Below are positions 43,927-59,700 of a stretch of 64,000 bases of DNA, in pieces. The DNA lies in the NCBI GenBank assembly GCA_009914755.4, contig CP086569.2:29408001-29472000 (forward strand), given 5' to 3'. Positions within the stretch are counted from its first letter, which is position 1, and the number at the start of each line of letters is the position of its first letter. A program made the translations under genes and the position numbers. This DNA comes from the human T2T-CHM13v2.0 reference genome, Homo sapiens. The notes below the pieces were generated by a model. The model ran no database searches. It saw only the letters and a program-made list of their open reading frames with translations, and was not told the DNA's origin.

Positions 43927-46900
43927 GACTGCAATAGAAAGGATGCGAATGGAATGAAAAAGAATTGAATGGAATAGAACAGAATGGAATCAAATCGCAT
44001 GAAATGGAATGGAATAGAAAGGAATGGAATGAAATGGAATGGAAAGGATTCGAATGGAATGCAATCGAATGCAATGGAATCGAACGGAACGGAATAAAAT
44101 GGAAGAAAACTGGCAAGAAATGGAATCGAAATGAATGGAGTGTTATGGAACGGACTCAAAAGGAATTGAATGTAATAGAATGCAGTGGAGTGGACTCGAT
44201 TATACTGGACTGGAATGGAATGAAATCACATGGAATAGTAATGAATGGAATGGAATGGAAAGGAATGGAATCGAATGGAAAGGAATCGAATGGAAGGGAA
44301 TGAAATTGAATCAACAGGAATGGAAGGGAATAGAATAGACGGTAATGGAATGGACTCGAATAGAATGGACACGAATGCTCAAATTGAATGGACTCGAATG
44401 GAATGGAAACGAAAGGAATGTCATCGAATGGAATTGAATCGATTGGAATGAAATCGCATAGAATGGAGTGGAATCAAATGGAATTGAATCGAAAGGAAAG
44501 GAAGCGAATGGACTGAAATGAAATGGAATGGAATGGAATGGAAAGTAATGCAATGGAATAGAATGGAACGAAATTTCACGGAATGGAATGAAACTGAATG
44601 GAATCAAATCAATGGAATCAAATCAAATGGAATGGAAAGGAATTGAATGGAGTAGATTGGATTGGATGGGATTGGAATGAAATGTACTGGAAAGGACTCG
44701 AATTTCATGAAACGGAATGGAATGAATTGGAACGGAATGGACTCGAATGGAATGGAATGTCATGGAATGTCATCAAATGGAATGGCATCAAATGGAATGG
44801 AATCGAATGCAATGGAATGCTATGGAATGGAATGGAATGCATTGGAATGGAATGTCCTCTAATGGAATGGATTCGAGTGGAATGGAATCGAATATAATGG
44901 AGTCGAATGAAATGGAATTGAAAGGAATGGGATCGAATACAATGGAATATACTGGAATGTAATGTAATGAACTCGAATGTAATTGACTGGAATGGAATGT
45001 ACATGAATGGAATGTAATCAAATGGAAAGTAATCCAATGGAATAGAATCTAATGCAATAAAATCGACTCAAATAGAATAGAATGTAATGGAATGGAGTGC
45101 AGTGCAATGGAATGGAATGGAATGGAATGCAATGGAATGGAACGTAATGGAATGGAATGGAATGGGATGGAATGGTATGGAATGGATAGTAATGGACTGG
45201 AGTGAAATGCACTGGAAAGGAATGGACTCAAATTGAAAGGGCTCGAAAGGAATGGAGTCAAATGGAATGGTCTGGAATGGAATGAACACGAATGTAATGC
45301 AATCCAATAGAATGGAATCGAATGGCATGGAATATAAAGAAATGGAATCGAAGAGAATGGAAACAAATGGAATGGAATTGAATGGAATGGAATTGAATGG
45401 AATGGGAAGGAATGGAGTGAAATTGTATGCAGTAGAAGAGAATAGAATGGAATGCAAGCGAAAGGAAAGGAATGGATTGGAATGGAATGGAATTCATTGG
45501 AATGGAAGGGAATGTAGTGTAGTGGACAGGCCTGGAATAAAGTGGAATGCTACGGTCTCGAATGGAATAAAAATGTATGGAATGGAATGCAATGAAACGG
45601 AATCGAATGTCATAGAATCTAATGGAATGCAAAAAAATGGAATCCAAAAACATTGACTGGAAAGGCTGGGTGTCGAAAGGAATTGACTCCAATGGAATGG
45701 AATCGAATGGAATGGAAGTGAATAGAATCGAACTAAATCGAATGGAATGGAATTGATAGGAACGGAATGGAAAGGAATGCAATGATTTGGCATGGAATGG
45801 AATCGAATGGCATCGAATGGAATGGAATGGAATGCAATGGAATGGAATGTATTAGAATGTAATGAACTATAATGCAATGTACTCGAATGGATTCGACTGG
45901 CATGGAATGTTCTGGAAGTGAATGGACTCCAATGGAATGGATTCAAAAGGAATGGAATCGTACGGAATGGAATCTAAAGGAATGGAATTAAATGGAAATG
46001 AATCAAATTGAATAGCACGGAATTGAATTGAATGGAATCGAATGCAATGGAATCTAATGAAACGGAAAGGAAAGGAATGGAATGGAATGGAATGGGCTGG
46101 AATGGAAAGGAATCGAAACGAATGGAATGGAATCGAACTGAAGAGACTGGAATGGAATGCACTGGAATGGAAGGGAGTGTAATGGAAGGTTCTCGACAAA
46201 AATGGAATCGAATGGAATGGAATTGAATGGAACGGAATAGAGTGGAATGGAATTGAATGGAATGGAATGGACTAGAGTGAAATGGAATCGAACCACAAGG
46301 AATGGACAGGAATAGAATGGTCTCGAATTGAATGGAATCGTATGGAATGGCATCAAACGGAATGGAATGGACAGCCACGGAATGGAATGCACTCGAATGC
46401 AATGGAGTCGAAACTAATGGACTGGAATAGAATGGACACGACTGGTACGGACTCCAATGGAATGGAATCGAATGGAAGGGAATCGAACGGAATGGACTCG
46501 AAGGGAAAAGACTGCAATGGAAAGGTCTCGAATGGAATGGAAATTAATGGAATGGAATGGAATCGAATGAAATGGAGTCAAAAGGAATGGAATGGAATGG
46601 CAAGAAATCAAATGTAATGGAATCGCAAGGAATTGAGGTGAACGGAAAGGAATGGAATGGAATCCAAAGGAATGGAATAGAATGGAATGGAATCGAATGG
46701 AAAGGACTCGAATGGAAATCACTCGAATAGAATGCAATTTAATAAAATAGGATCAAATGTAATGGAATGGAATGGAAAGGAATCGAAACGAAAGGAATGG
46801 AGACAGATGGAATGGAATGGAACAGAGAGCAATGGTATAGAATGGAATGGAATCATCTGGAATGGAATTGAATGGAATGGAATAATATGAAATGGAATGG

Positions 46901-47475
46901 AATGGAATGCAATGTCCTTGAATTAAATGGACTGGAATGAAATGGACTCGAACAGAGTGGAATGGAAAGTGTTGAAATAGAATGGAATGGACTCCTTTGG
47001 AATGGTGTAGTATGCAATGCAATCGACAGGCAGGGAATCAAAAGGAATGTAATGGAATGGATTGGACTGGAATGCAATGGACTCGAATAGATTGGAAACG
47101 GAAAGCAAAGGAATGGAATGGAATAGTATGGAATGGAATGGAAAGGAATGGAGTGGAATAGACTAGAGTGGAATGGAATGGACTCGAAAGCAATGGACTG
47201 GAATGGAACTTTCTTGAATGGACTGGAATCAAACGGAATGGAATGCAATGCAATCAAATGGCATGGAATAAAATAGAATGAAAGAGAATCAAATGGAATT
47301 GAATCGAATGGAATCGAATGGATTGGAAAGGAATAGAATGGAATGGAATGGAATTGACTCAAATGGAATGGACTAGAATGGAATGGATTCGAATGGAAGG
47401 CAAAGGAATGGAATCTATTGGAATGGACTGTAATGGAATGGAATGGAAGGGATTGGAATGGACTCGAATGGAATG
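43927..47475. repeat. HOR unit 14, full length (3549 bp)
   Basis: Collinear with unit 1. It shares private variants with unit 15. Confidence 0.85.
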
Positions 47476-50400
47476 CACTGCAATAGAAAGGATGCGAATG
47501 GAATGAAAAAGAATTGAATGGAATAGAACAGAATGGAATCAAATCGCATGAAATGGAATGGAATAGAAAGGAATGGAATGAAATGGAATGGAAAGGATTC
47601 GAATGGAATGCAATCGAATGCAATGGAATCGAACGGAATGGAATAAAATGGAAGAAAACTGGCAAGAAATGGAATCGAAATGAATGGAGTGTTATGGAAC
47701 GGACTCAAAAGGAATTGAATGTAATAGAATGCAGTGGAGTGGACTCGAATATACTGGACTGGAATGGAATGAAATCACATGGAATAGTAACGAATGGAAT
47801 GGAATGGAAAGGAATGGAATCGAATGGAAAGGAATCGAATGGAAGGGAATGAAATTGAATCAACAGGAATGGAAGGGAATAGAATAGACGGTAATGGAAT
47901 GGACTCGAATAGAATGGACACGAATGCTCAAATTGAATGGACTCGAATGGAATGGAAACGAAAGGAATGTCATCGAATGGAATTGAATCGATTGGAATGA
48001 AATCGCATAGAATGGAGTGGAATCAAATGGAATTGAATCGAAAGGAAAGGAAGCGAATGGACTGAAATGAAATGGAATGGAATTGAATGGAAAGTAATGC
48101 AATGGAATAGAATGGAACGAAATTTCACGGAATGGAATCAAACTGAATGGAATCAAATCAATGGAATCAAATCAAATGGAATGGAAAGGAATTGAATGGA
48201 GTAGATTGGATTGGATGGGATTGGAATGAAATGTACTGGAAAGGACTCGAATTTCATGAAACGGAATGGAATGAATTGGAACGGAATGGACTCGAATGGA
48301 ATGGAATGTCATGGAATGTCATCAAATGGAATGGCATCAAATGGAATGGAATCGAATGCAATGGAATGCTATGGAATGGAATGGAATGCATTGGAATGGA
48401 ATGTCCTCTAATGGAATGGATTCGAGTGGAATGGAATCGAATATAATGGAGTCGAATGAAATGGAATTGAAAGGAATGGGATCGAATACAATGGAATATA
48501 CTGGAATGTAATGTAATGAACTCGAATGTAATTGACTGGAATGGAATGTACATGAATGGAATGTAATCAAATGGAAAGTAATCCAATGGAATAGAATCTA
48601 ATGCAATAAAATCGACTCAAATAGAATAGAATGTAATGGAATGGAGTGCAGTGCAATGGAATGGAATGGAATGGAATGCAATGGAATGGAATGTAATGGA
48701 ATGGAATGGAATGGGATGGAATGGTATGGAATGGATAGTAATGGACTGGAGTGAAATGCACTGGAAAGGAATGGACTCAAATTGAAAGGGCTCGAAAGGA
48801 ATGGAGTCAAATGGAATGGTCTGGAATGGAATGAACACGAATGTAATGCAATCCAATAGAATGGAATCGAATGGCATGGAATATAAAGAAATGGAATCGA
48901 AGAGAATGGAAACAAATGGAATGGAATTGAATGGAATGGAATTGAATGGAATGGGAAGGAATGGAGTGAAATTGTATGCAGTAGAAGAGAATAGAATGGA
49001 ATGCAAGCGAAAGGAAAGGAATGGATTGGAATGGAATGGAATTCATTGGAATGGAAGGGAATGTAGTGTAGTGGACAGGCCTGGAATAAAGTGGAATGCT
49101 ACGGTCTCGAATGGAATAAAAATGTATGGAATGGAATGCAATGAAACGGAATCGAATGTCATAGAATCTAATGGAATGCAAAAAAATGGAATCCAAAAAC
49201 ATTGACTGGAAAGGCTGGGTGTCGAAAGGAATTGACTCCAATGGAATGGAATCGAATGGAATGGAAGTGAATAGAATCGAACTAAATCGAATGGAATGGA
49301 ATTGATAGGAACGGAATGGAAAGGAATGCAATGATTTGGCATGGAATGGAATCGAATGGCATCGAATGGAATGGAATGGAATGCAATGGAATGGAATGTA
49401 TTAGAATGTAATGAACTATAATGCAATGTACTCGAATGGATTCGACTGGCATGGAATGTTCTGGAAGTGAATGGACTCCAATGGAATGGATTCAAAAGGA
49501 ATGGAATCGTACGGAATGGAATCTAAAGGAATGGAATTAAATGGAAATGAATCAAATTGAATAGCACGGAATTGAATTGAATGGAATCGAATGCAATGGA
49601 ATCTAATGAAACGGAAAGGAAAGGAATGGAATGGAATGGAATGGGCTGGAATGGAAAGGAATCGAAACGAATGGAATTGAATCGAACTGAAGAGACTGGA
49701 ATGGAATGCACTGGAATGGAAGGGAGTGTAATGGAAGGTTCTCGACAAAAATGGAATCGAATGGAATGGAATTGAATGGAACGGAATAGAGTGGAATGGA
49801 ATTGAATGGAATGGAATGGACTAGAGTGAAATGGAATCGAACCACAAGGAATGGACAGGAATAGAATGGTCTCGAATTGAATGGAATCGTATGGAATGGC
49901 ATCAAACGGAATGGAATGGACAGCCACGGAATGGAATGCACTCGAATGCAATGGAGTCGAAACTAATGGACTGGAATAGAATGGACACGACTGGTACGGA
50001 CTCCAATGGAATGGAATCGAATGGAAGGGAATCGAACGGAATGGACTCGAAGGGAAAAGACTGCAATGGAAAGGTCTCGAATGGAATGGAAATTAATGGA
50101 ATGGAATGGAATCGAATGAAATGGAGTCAAAAGGAATGGAATGGAATGGCAAGAAATCAAATGTAATGGAATCGCAAGGAATTGAGGTGAACGGAACGGA
50201 ATGGAATGGAATCCAAAGGAATGGAATAGAATGGAATGGAATCGAATGGAAAGGACTCGAATGGAAATCACTCGAATAGAATGCAATTTAATAAAATAGG
50301 ATCAAATGTAATGGAATGGAATGGAAAGGAATCGAAACGAAAGGAATGGAGACAGATGGAATGGAATGGAACAGAGAGCAATGGTATAGAATGGAATGGA

Positions 50401-51024
50401 ATCATCTGGAATGGAATTGAATGGAATGGAATAATATGAAATGGAATGGAATGGAATGCAATGTCCTTGAATTAAATGGACTGGAATGGAATGGACTCGA
50501 AGAGAGTGGAATGGAAAGTGTTGAAATAGAATGGAATGGACTCCTTTGGAATGGTCTAGTATGCAATGCAATCGACTGGCAGGGAATCAAAAGGAATGTA
50601 ATGGAATGGATTGGACTGGAATGCAATGGACTCGAATAGATTGGAAACGGAAAGCAAAGGAATGGAATGGAATAGTATGGAATGGAATGGAAAGGAAAGG
50701 AGTGGAATAGACTAGAGTGGAATGGAATGGTCTCGAAAGCAATGGACTGGAATGGAACTTTCTTGAATGGACTGGAATCAAACGGAATGGAATGCAATGC
50801 AATCAAATGGCATGGAATAAAATAGAATGAAAGAGAATCAAATGGAATTGAATCGAATGGAATCGAATGGATTGGAAAGGAATAGAATGGAATGGAATGG
50901 AATTGACTCAAATGGAATGGACTAGAATGGAATGGATTCGAATGGAAGGCAAAGGAATGGAATCTATTGGAATGGACTGTAATGGAATGGAATGGAAGGG
51001 ATTGGAATGGACTCGAATGGAATG
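47476..51024. repeat. HOR unit 15, full length (3549 bp), near-identical to unit 14
   Basis: ORFs 48567.., 49043.. and 48801.. correspond to 45018.., 45494.. and 45252... Confidence 0.85.
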
Positions 51025-53868
51025 GACTGCAATAGAAAGGATTCGAATGGAATGAAAAAGAATTGAATGGAATAGAACAGAATGGAATGAAATCGAATGA
51101 AATTGAATGGAATAGAAAGGAATGGAAAGAAATGGAATGGAAAGGATTCGAATGGAATGCAATCGAATGGAATGGAATCGAACGGAATGGAATAAAATGG
51201 AAGAAAACTGGCAAGAAATGGAATCGAAATGAATGGAGTGTTATGGAACGGACTCAAAAGGAATTGAATGTAATAGAATGGAGTGGAGTGGACTCGAATA
51301 TAATGGACTGGAATGGAATGAAATCACATGGAATGGGAACGAATGGAAAGGAATGGAAAGGAATGGAATCGAATGGAAAGGAATCGAATGGAAGGGAATG
51401 AAATTGAATCAACAGGAATGGAAGGGAATAGAATAGACGGTAATGGAATGAACTCGAATAGAATGGACAAGAATGCTCAAATTGAATGGAATCGAATGGA
51501 ATGGAAACGAAAGTAATGTCATCGAATGGAATTGAATCGATTGGAATGAAATCGCATAGAATGGAGTGGAATCAAATGGAATTGAATCGAAAGCAAAGGA
51601 AGCGAATGGACTGAAATGAAATGGACTCAAATTGAAAGGGCTCGAAATGAATGGAGTCAAATGGAATGGTCTGGTATGGAATGAACACGAATGTAATGCA
51701 ATCCAATAGAATGGAATCGAATGGCATGGAATATAAAGAAATGGAATCGAAGAGAATGGAAACAAATGGAATGGAATTGAATGGAATGGAATTGAATGGA
51801 ATGGGAACGAATGGAGTGAAATTGTATGCAGTACAAGAGAATAGAATGGAATGCAAGCGAAAGGAAAGGAATGGATTGGAATGGAATGGAATTCATTGGA
51901 ATGGAAGGGAATGTAGTGTAATGGACAGGCCTGGAATAAACTGGAATGCTACGGTCTCGAATGGAATAAAAATGTATGGAATGGAATGCAATGAAACGGA
52001 ATCGAATGTCATAGAATGTAATGGAATGCAAAAAAATGGAATCCAAAATCATTGACTGGAAAGGCTGGGTGTCGAAAGAATTGACTCCAATGGAATGGAA
52101 TCGAATGGAATGGAAGTGAATAGAATCGAACTAAATCGAATGGAATGGAATTGATAGGAACGGAATGGAAAGGAATGCAATGATTTGGCATGGAATGGAA
52201 TCGAATGGCATCGAATGGAATGGTATGGAATGCAATGGAATGGAATGTATTAGAATGTAATGAACATTAATGGAATGTACTCGAATGGATTCGACTGGCA
52301 TGGAATGTTCTGGAAGTGAATGGAATCCAATGGAATGGATTCAAAAGGAATGGAATCGTACGGAATGGAATCTAATGGAATGGAATTAAATGGAAATGAA
52401 TCAAATTGAATAGCACGGAATTGAATTGAATGGAATCGAATGCAATGGAATCTAATGAAACGGAAAGGAAAGGAATGGAATGGAATGGGCTGGAATGGAA
52501 AGGAATCGAAACGAATGGAATGGAATCGAACTGAAGAGACTGGAATGGAATGCACTGGAATGGAAGGGACTGTAATGGAAGGTTCTCGACAAAAATGGAA
52601 TCGAATGGAATGGAATTGAATGGAACGGAATAGAGTGGAATGGAATTGAATGGAATGGAATGGACTAGAGTGAAATGGAATCGAACCACAAGGAATGGAC
52701 AGGAATAGAATGGTCTCGAATTGAATGGAATCGTATGGAATGGCATCAAACGGAATGGAATGGACAGCCACGGAATGGAATGCACTCGAATGCAATGGAG
52801 TCGAAACTAATGGACTGGAATAGAATGGACTCGACTGGTACGGACTCCAATGGAATGGAATCGAATGGAAGGGAATCGAACGGAATGGACTCGAAGGGAA
52901 AAGACTGCAATGGAAAGGTCTCGAATGGAATGGAAATTAATGGAATGGAATGGAATCGAATGAAATGGAGTCAAAAGGAATGGAATCGAATGGCAAGAAA
53001 TCGAATGTAATGGAATCGCAAGGAATTGATGTGAACGGAACGGAATGGAATGGAATCCAAAGGAATGGAATAGAATGGAATGGAATCGAATGGAAAGGAC
53101 TCGAATGGAAATCACTCGAATAGAATGCAATTTAATAAAATAGGATCAAATGTAATGGAATGGAATGGAAAGGAATCGAAACGAAAGGAATGGAGACAGA
53201 TGGAATGGAATGGAACAGAGAGCAATGGTATAGAATGGAATGGAATCATCTGGAATGGAATTGAATGGAATGGAATAATATGAAATGGAATGGAATGGAA
53301 TGGAATGTCCTTGAATTAAATGGACTGGAATGGAATGGACTCGAACAGAGTGGAATGGAAAGTGTTGAAATAGAATGGAATGGACTCCTTTGGAATGGTC
53401 TAGTATGCAATGCAATCGACTGGCAGGGAATCAAAAGGAATGTAATCGAATGGATTGGACTGGAATGCAATGGACTCGAATAGATTGGAAACGGAAAGCA
53501 AAGGAATGGAATGGAATAGTATGGAATGGAATGGAAAGGAATGGAGTGGAATAGACTAGAGTGGAATGGAATGGACTCGAAAGCAATGGACTGGAATGGA
53601 ACTTTCTTGAATGGACTGGAATCAAACGGAATGGAATGCAATGCAATCAAATGGCATGGAATAAAATAGAATGAAAGAGAATCAAATGGAATTGTATCGA
53701 ATGGAATCGAATGGATTGGAAAGGAATAGAATGGAATGGAATGGAATTGACTCAAATGGAATGGACTAGAATGGAATGGATTCGAATGGAAGGCAAAGGA
53801 ATGGAATCTATTGGAATGGACTGTAATGGAATGGAATGGAAGGGAGTGGAATGGACTCGAATGGAATG
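51025..53868. repeat. HOR unit 16, short variant (2844 bp)
   Basis: Fused ORF 51409..51765 spans the same deletion junction. Confidence 0.8.
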
Positions 53869-56703
53869 GACTGCAATAGAAAGGATTCGAATGGAATGAA
53901 AAAGAATTGAATGGAATAGAACAGAATGGAATCAAATCGAATGAAATGGAATGGAATAGAAAGGAATGGAATGAAATGGAATGGAAAGGATTCGAATGGA
54001 ATGCAATCGAATGGAATGGAATCGAACGGAATGGAATAAAATGGAAGAAAACTGGCAAGAAATGGAATCGAAATGAATGGAGTGTTATGGAACGGACTCA
54101 AAAGGAATTGAATGTAATAGAATGGAGTGGAGTGGACTCGAATATAATGGACTGGAATGGAATGAAATCACATGGAATGGGAACGAATGGAATGGAATGG
54201 AAAGGAAAGGAATCGAATGGAAGCGAATGAAATTGAATCAACAGGAATGGAAGGGAATAGAATAGACGGTAATGGAATGGACTCGAATAGAATGGACACG
54301 AATGTACAAATTGAATGGACTCGAATGGAATGGAAACGAAAGGAATGTCATCGAATGGAATTGAATCGATTGGAATGAAATCGCATAGAATGGAGTGGAG
54401 TCAAATGGAATTGAAACGAAAGCAAAGGAAGCGAATGGACTGAAATGAAATGGACTCAAATTGAAAGGGCTCGAAAGGAATGGAGTCAAATGGAATGGTC
54501 TGGAATGGAATGAACACGAATGTAATGCAATCCAATAGAATGGAATCGAATGGCATGGAATATAAAGAAATGGAATCGAAGAGAATGGAAACAAATGGAA
54601 TGGAATTGAATGGAATGGAATTGAATGGAATGGGAACGAATGGAGTGAAATTGCATGCAGTAGAAGAGAATAGAATGGAATACAAGCGAAAGGAAAGGAA
54701 TGGATTGGAATGGAATGGAATTCATTGGAATGGAAGGGAATGTAGTGTAATGGACAGGCCTGGAATAAAGTGGAATGCTACGGTCTCGAATGGAATAAAA
54801 ATGTATGGAATGGAATGCAATGAAACGGAATCGAATGTCATAGAATGTAATGGAATGCAAAAAAATGGAATCCAAAATCATTGACTGGAAAGGCTGGGTG
54901 TCGAAAGGAATTGACTCCAATGGAATGGAATCGAATCGAATGGAAGTGAATAGAATCGAACTAAATCGAATGGAATGGAATTGATAGGAACGGAATGGAA
55001 AGGAATGCAATGATTTGGCATGGAATGGAATCGAATGGCATCGAATGGAATGGAATGGAATGCAATGGAATGGAATGTATTAGAATGTAATGAACATTAA
55101 TGGAATGTACTCGAATGGATTCGACTGGCATGGAATGTTCTGGAAGTGAATGGAATCCAATGGAATGGATTCAAAAGGAATGGAATCGTACGGAATGGAA
55201 TCTAATGGAATGGAATTAAATGGAAATGAATCAAATTGAATAGCACGGAATTGAATTGAATGGAATCGAATGCAATGGAATCTAATGAAACGGAAAGGAA
55301 AGGAATGGAATGGAATGGAATTGGCTGGAATGGAAAGGAATCGAAACGAATGGAATGGAATCGAACTGAAGAGACTGGAATGGAATGCACTGGAATGGAA
55401 GGGAGTGTAATGGAAGGTTCTCGACAAAAATGGAATCGAATGGAATGGAATTGAATGGAACGGAATAGAGTCGAATGGAATTGAATGGAATGGAATGGAC
55501 TAGAGTGAAATGGAATCGAACCACAAGGAATGGACAGGAATAGAATGGTCTCGAATTGAATGGAATCGTATGGAATGGCATCAAACGGAATGGAATGGAC
55601 AGCCACGGAATGGAATGCACTCGAATGCAATGGAGACGAAACTAATGGACTGGAATAGAATGGACTCGACTGGTACGGACTCCAATGGAATGGAATCGAA
55701 TGGAAGGGAATCGAATGGAATGGACTCGAAGGGAAAAGACTGCAATGGAAAGGTATCGAATGGAATGGAAATTAATGGAATGGAATGGAATCGAATGAAA
55801 TGGAGTCAAAAGGAATGGAATCGAATGGCAAGAAATCGAATGTAATGGAATCGCAAGGAATTGATGTGAACGGAACGGAATGGAATGGAATCCAAAGGAA
55901 TGGAATAGAATGGAATGGAATCGAATGGAAAGGACTCGAATGGAAATCACTCGAATAGAAAGCAATTTAATAAAATAGGATCAAATGTAATGGAATGGAA
56001 TGGAAAGGAATCGAAACGAAAGGAATGGAGACAGATGGAATGGAATGGAACAGAGAGCAATGGTATAGAATGGAATGGAATCATCTGGAATGGAATTGAA
56101 TGGAATGGAATAATATGAAATGGAATGGAATGGAATGGAATGCCTTTGAATTAAATGGACTGGAATGGAATGGACTCGAACAGAGTGGAATGGAAAGTGA
56201 TGAGATAGAATGGAATGGACTCCTTTGGAATGGTGTAGTATGCAATGCAATCGACTGGCAGGGAATCAAAAGGAATGTAATCGAATGGATTGGACTGGAA
56301 TGCAATGGACTCGAATAGATTGGAAACGGAATGCAAAGGAATGGAATGGAATAGTATGGAATGGAATGGAAAGAAATGGAGTGGAACAGACTAGAGTGGA
56401 ATGGAATGGACTCGAAAGCAATGGACTGGAATGGAACTTTCTTGAATGGACTGGAATCAAACGGAATGGAATGCAATGCAATCAAATGGCATGGAATAAA
56501 ATAGAATGAAAGAGAATCAAATGGAATTGAATCGAATGGAATGGAATGGATTGGAAAGGAATAGAATGGAATGGAATGGAATTGACTCAAATGGAATGGA
56601 CTAGAATGGAATGGATTCGAATGGAAGGCAAAGGAATGGAATCTATTGGAATGGACTGTAATGGAATGGAATGGAAGGGATTGGAATGGACTCGAATGGA
56701 ATG
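53869..56703. repeat. HOR unit 17, short variant (2835 bp)
   Basis: Fused ORF 54238..54594. Confidence 0.8.
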
Positions 56704-59700
56704 GACTGCAATAGAAAGGATTCGAATGGAATGAAAAAGAATTGAATGGAATAGAACAGAATGGAATCAAATCGAATGAAATGGAATGGAATAGAAAGGA
56801 ATGGAATGAAATGGAATGGAAAGGATTCGAATGGAATGCAATCGAATGGAATGGAATCGAACGGAATGGAATAAAATGGAAGAAAACTGGCAAGAAATGG
56901 AATCGAAATGAATGGAGTGTTATGGAACGGACTCAAAAGGAATTGAATGTAATAGAATGGAGTGGAGTGGACTCGAATATAATGGACTGGAATGGAATGA
57001 AATCACATGGAATGGGAACGAATGGAATGGAATGGAAAGGAATGGAATCGAATGGAAAGGAATCGAATGGAAGGGAATGAAATTGAATCAACAGGAATGG
57101 AAGGGAATAGAATAGACGGTAATGGAATGGACTCGAATAGAATGGACACGAATGCTCAAATTGAATGGACTCGAATGGAATGGAAACGAAAGGAATGTCA
57201 TCGAATGGAATTGAATCGATTGGAATGAAATCGCATAGAATGGAGTGGAATCAAATGGAATTGAATCGAAAGCAAAGGAAGCGAATGGACTGAAATGAAA
57301 TGGACTCAAATTGAAAGGGCTCGAAAGTAATGGAGTCAAATGGAATGGTCTGGAATGGAGTGAACACGAATGTAATGCAATCCAATAGAATGGAATCGAA
57401 TGGCATGGAATATAAAGAAATGGAATGAAATGGAATGGAAAGGATTCGAAAGGAATGCAATCGAATGGAATGGAATCGAACGGAATGGAATAAAATGGAA
57501 GAAAACTGGCAAGAAATGCAATCGAAATGAATGGAGTGTTATGGAACGGACTCAAAAGGAATTGAATGTAATAGAATGGAGTGGAGTGGACTCGAATATA
57601 ATGGACTGGAATGGAATGAAATCACATGGAATGGGAACGAATGGAATGGAATGGAAAGGAATGGAATCGAATGGAAAGGAATCGAATGGAAGGGAATGAA
57701 ATTGAATCAACAGGAATGGAAGGGAATAGAATAGACGGTAATGGAATGGACTCGAATAGAATGGACACGAATGCTCAAATTGAATGGACTCGAATGGAAT
57801 GGAAACGAAAGGAATGTCATCGAATGGAATTGAATCGATTGGAATGAAATCGCATAGAATGGAGTGGAATCAAATGGAATTGAATCGAAAGCAAAGGAAG
57901 CGAATGGACTGAAATGAAATGGACTCAAATTGAAAGGGCTCGAAAGTAATGGAGTCAATGGAATGGTCTGGAATGGAGTGAACACGAATGTAATGCAATC
58001 CAATAGAATGGAATCGAATGGCATGGAATATAAAGAAATGGAATCAAAGAGAATGGAAACAAATGCAATGGAATTGAATGGAATGGAATTGAATGGAATG
58101 GGAACGAATGGAGTGAAATTGTATGCAGTAGAAGAGAATAGAATGGAATGCAAGCGAAAGGAAAGGAATGGATTGGAATGGAATGGAATTCATTGGAATG
58201 GAAGGGAATGTAGTGTAATGGACAGGCCTGGAATAAAGTGGAATGCTACGGTCTCGAATGGAATAAAAATGTATGGAATGGAATGCAATGAAACGGAATC
58301 GAATGTCATAGAATGTAATGGAATGCAAAAAAATGGAATCCAAAATCATTGACTGGAAAGGCTGGGTGTCGAAAGGAATTGACTCCAATGGAATGGAATC
58401 GAATGGAATGGAAGTGAATAGAATCGAACTAAATCGAATGGAATGGAATTGATAGGAACGGAATGGAAAGGAATGCAATGATTTGGCATGGAATGGAATC
58501 GAATGGCATCGAATGGAATGGAATGGAATGCAATGGAATGGAATGTATTAGAATGTAATGAACATTAATGGAATGTACTCGAATGGATTCGACTGGCATG
58601 GAATGTTCTGGAAGTGAATGGAATCCAATGGAATGGATTCAAAAGGAATGGAATCGTACGGAATGGAATCTAATGGAATGGAATTAAATGGAAATGAATC
58701 AAATTGAATAGCACGGAATTGAATTGAATGGAATCGAATGCAATGGAATCTAATGAAACGGAAAGGAAAGGAATGGAATGGAATGGGCTGGAATGGAAAG
58801 GAATCGAAACGAATGGAATGGAATCGAACTGAAGAGACTGGAATGGAATGCACTGGAATGGAAGGGAGTGTAATGGAAGGTTCTCGACAAAAATGGAATC
58901 GAATGGAATGGAATTGAATGGAACGGAATAGAGTGGAATGGAATTGAATGGAATGGAATGGACTAGAGTGAAATGGAATCGAACCACAAGGAATGGACAG
59001 GAATAGAATGGTCTCGAATTGAATGGAATCGTATGGAATGGCATCAAACGGAATGGAATGGACAGCCACGGAATGGAATGCACTCGAATGCAATGGAGTC
59101 GAAACTAATGGACTGGAATAGAATGGACTCGACTGGTACGGACTCCAATGGAATGGAATCGAATGGAAGGGAATCGAACGGAATGGACTCGAAGGGAAAA
59201 GACTGCAATGGAAAGGTCTCGAATGGAATGGAAATTAATGGAATGGAATGGAATCGAATGAAATGGAGTCAAAAGGAATGGAATCGAATGGCAAGAAATC
59301 GAATGTAATGGAATCGCAAGGAATTGATGTGAACGGAACGGAATGGAATGGAATCCAAAGGAATGGAATAGAATGGAATGGAATCGAATGGAAAGGACTC
59401 GAATGGAAATCACTCGAATAGAATGCAATTTAATAAAATAGGATCAAATGTAATGGAATGGAATGGAAAGGAATCGAAACGAAAGGAATGGAGACAGATG
59501 GAATGGAATGGAACAGAGAGCAATGGTATAGAATGGAATGGAATCATCTGGAATGGAATTGAATGGAATGGAATAATATGAAATGGAATGGAATGGAATG
59601 GAATGTCCTTGAATTAAATGGACTGGAATGGAATGGACTCGAACAGAGTGGAATGGAAAGTGTTGAAATAGAATGGAATGGACTCCTTTGGAATGGTCTA

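Noticed and set aside
52061-52090. Locally different ORF (52009..52191) suggesting a distinct sequence
   Set aside because: It is explained by a single-base deletion ('gtcgaaagaattgactcc' versus 'gtcgaaaggaattgactcc'). There is no novel content.
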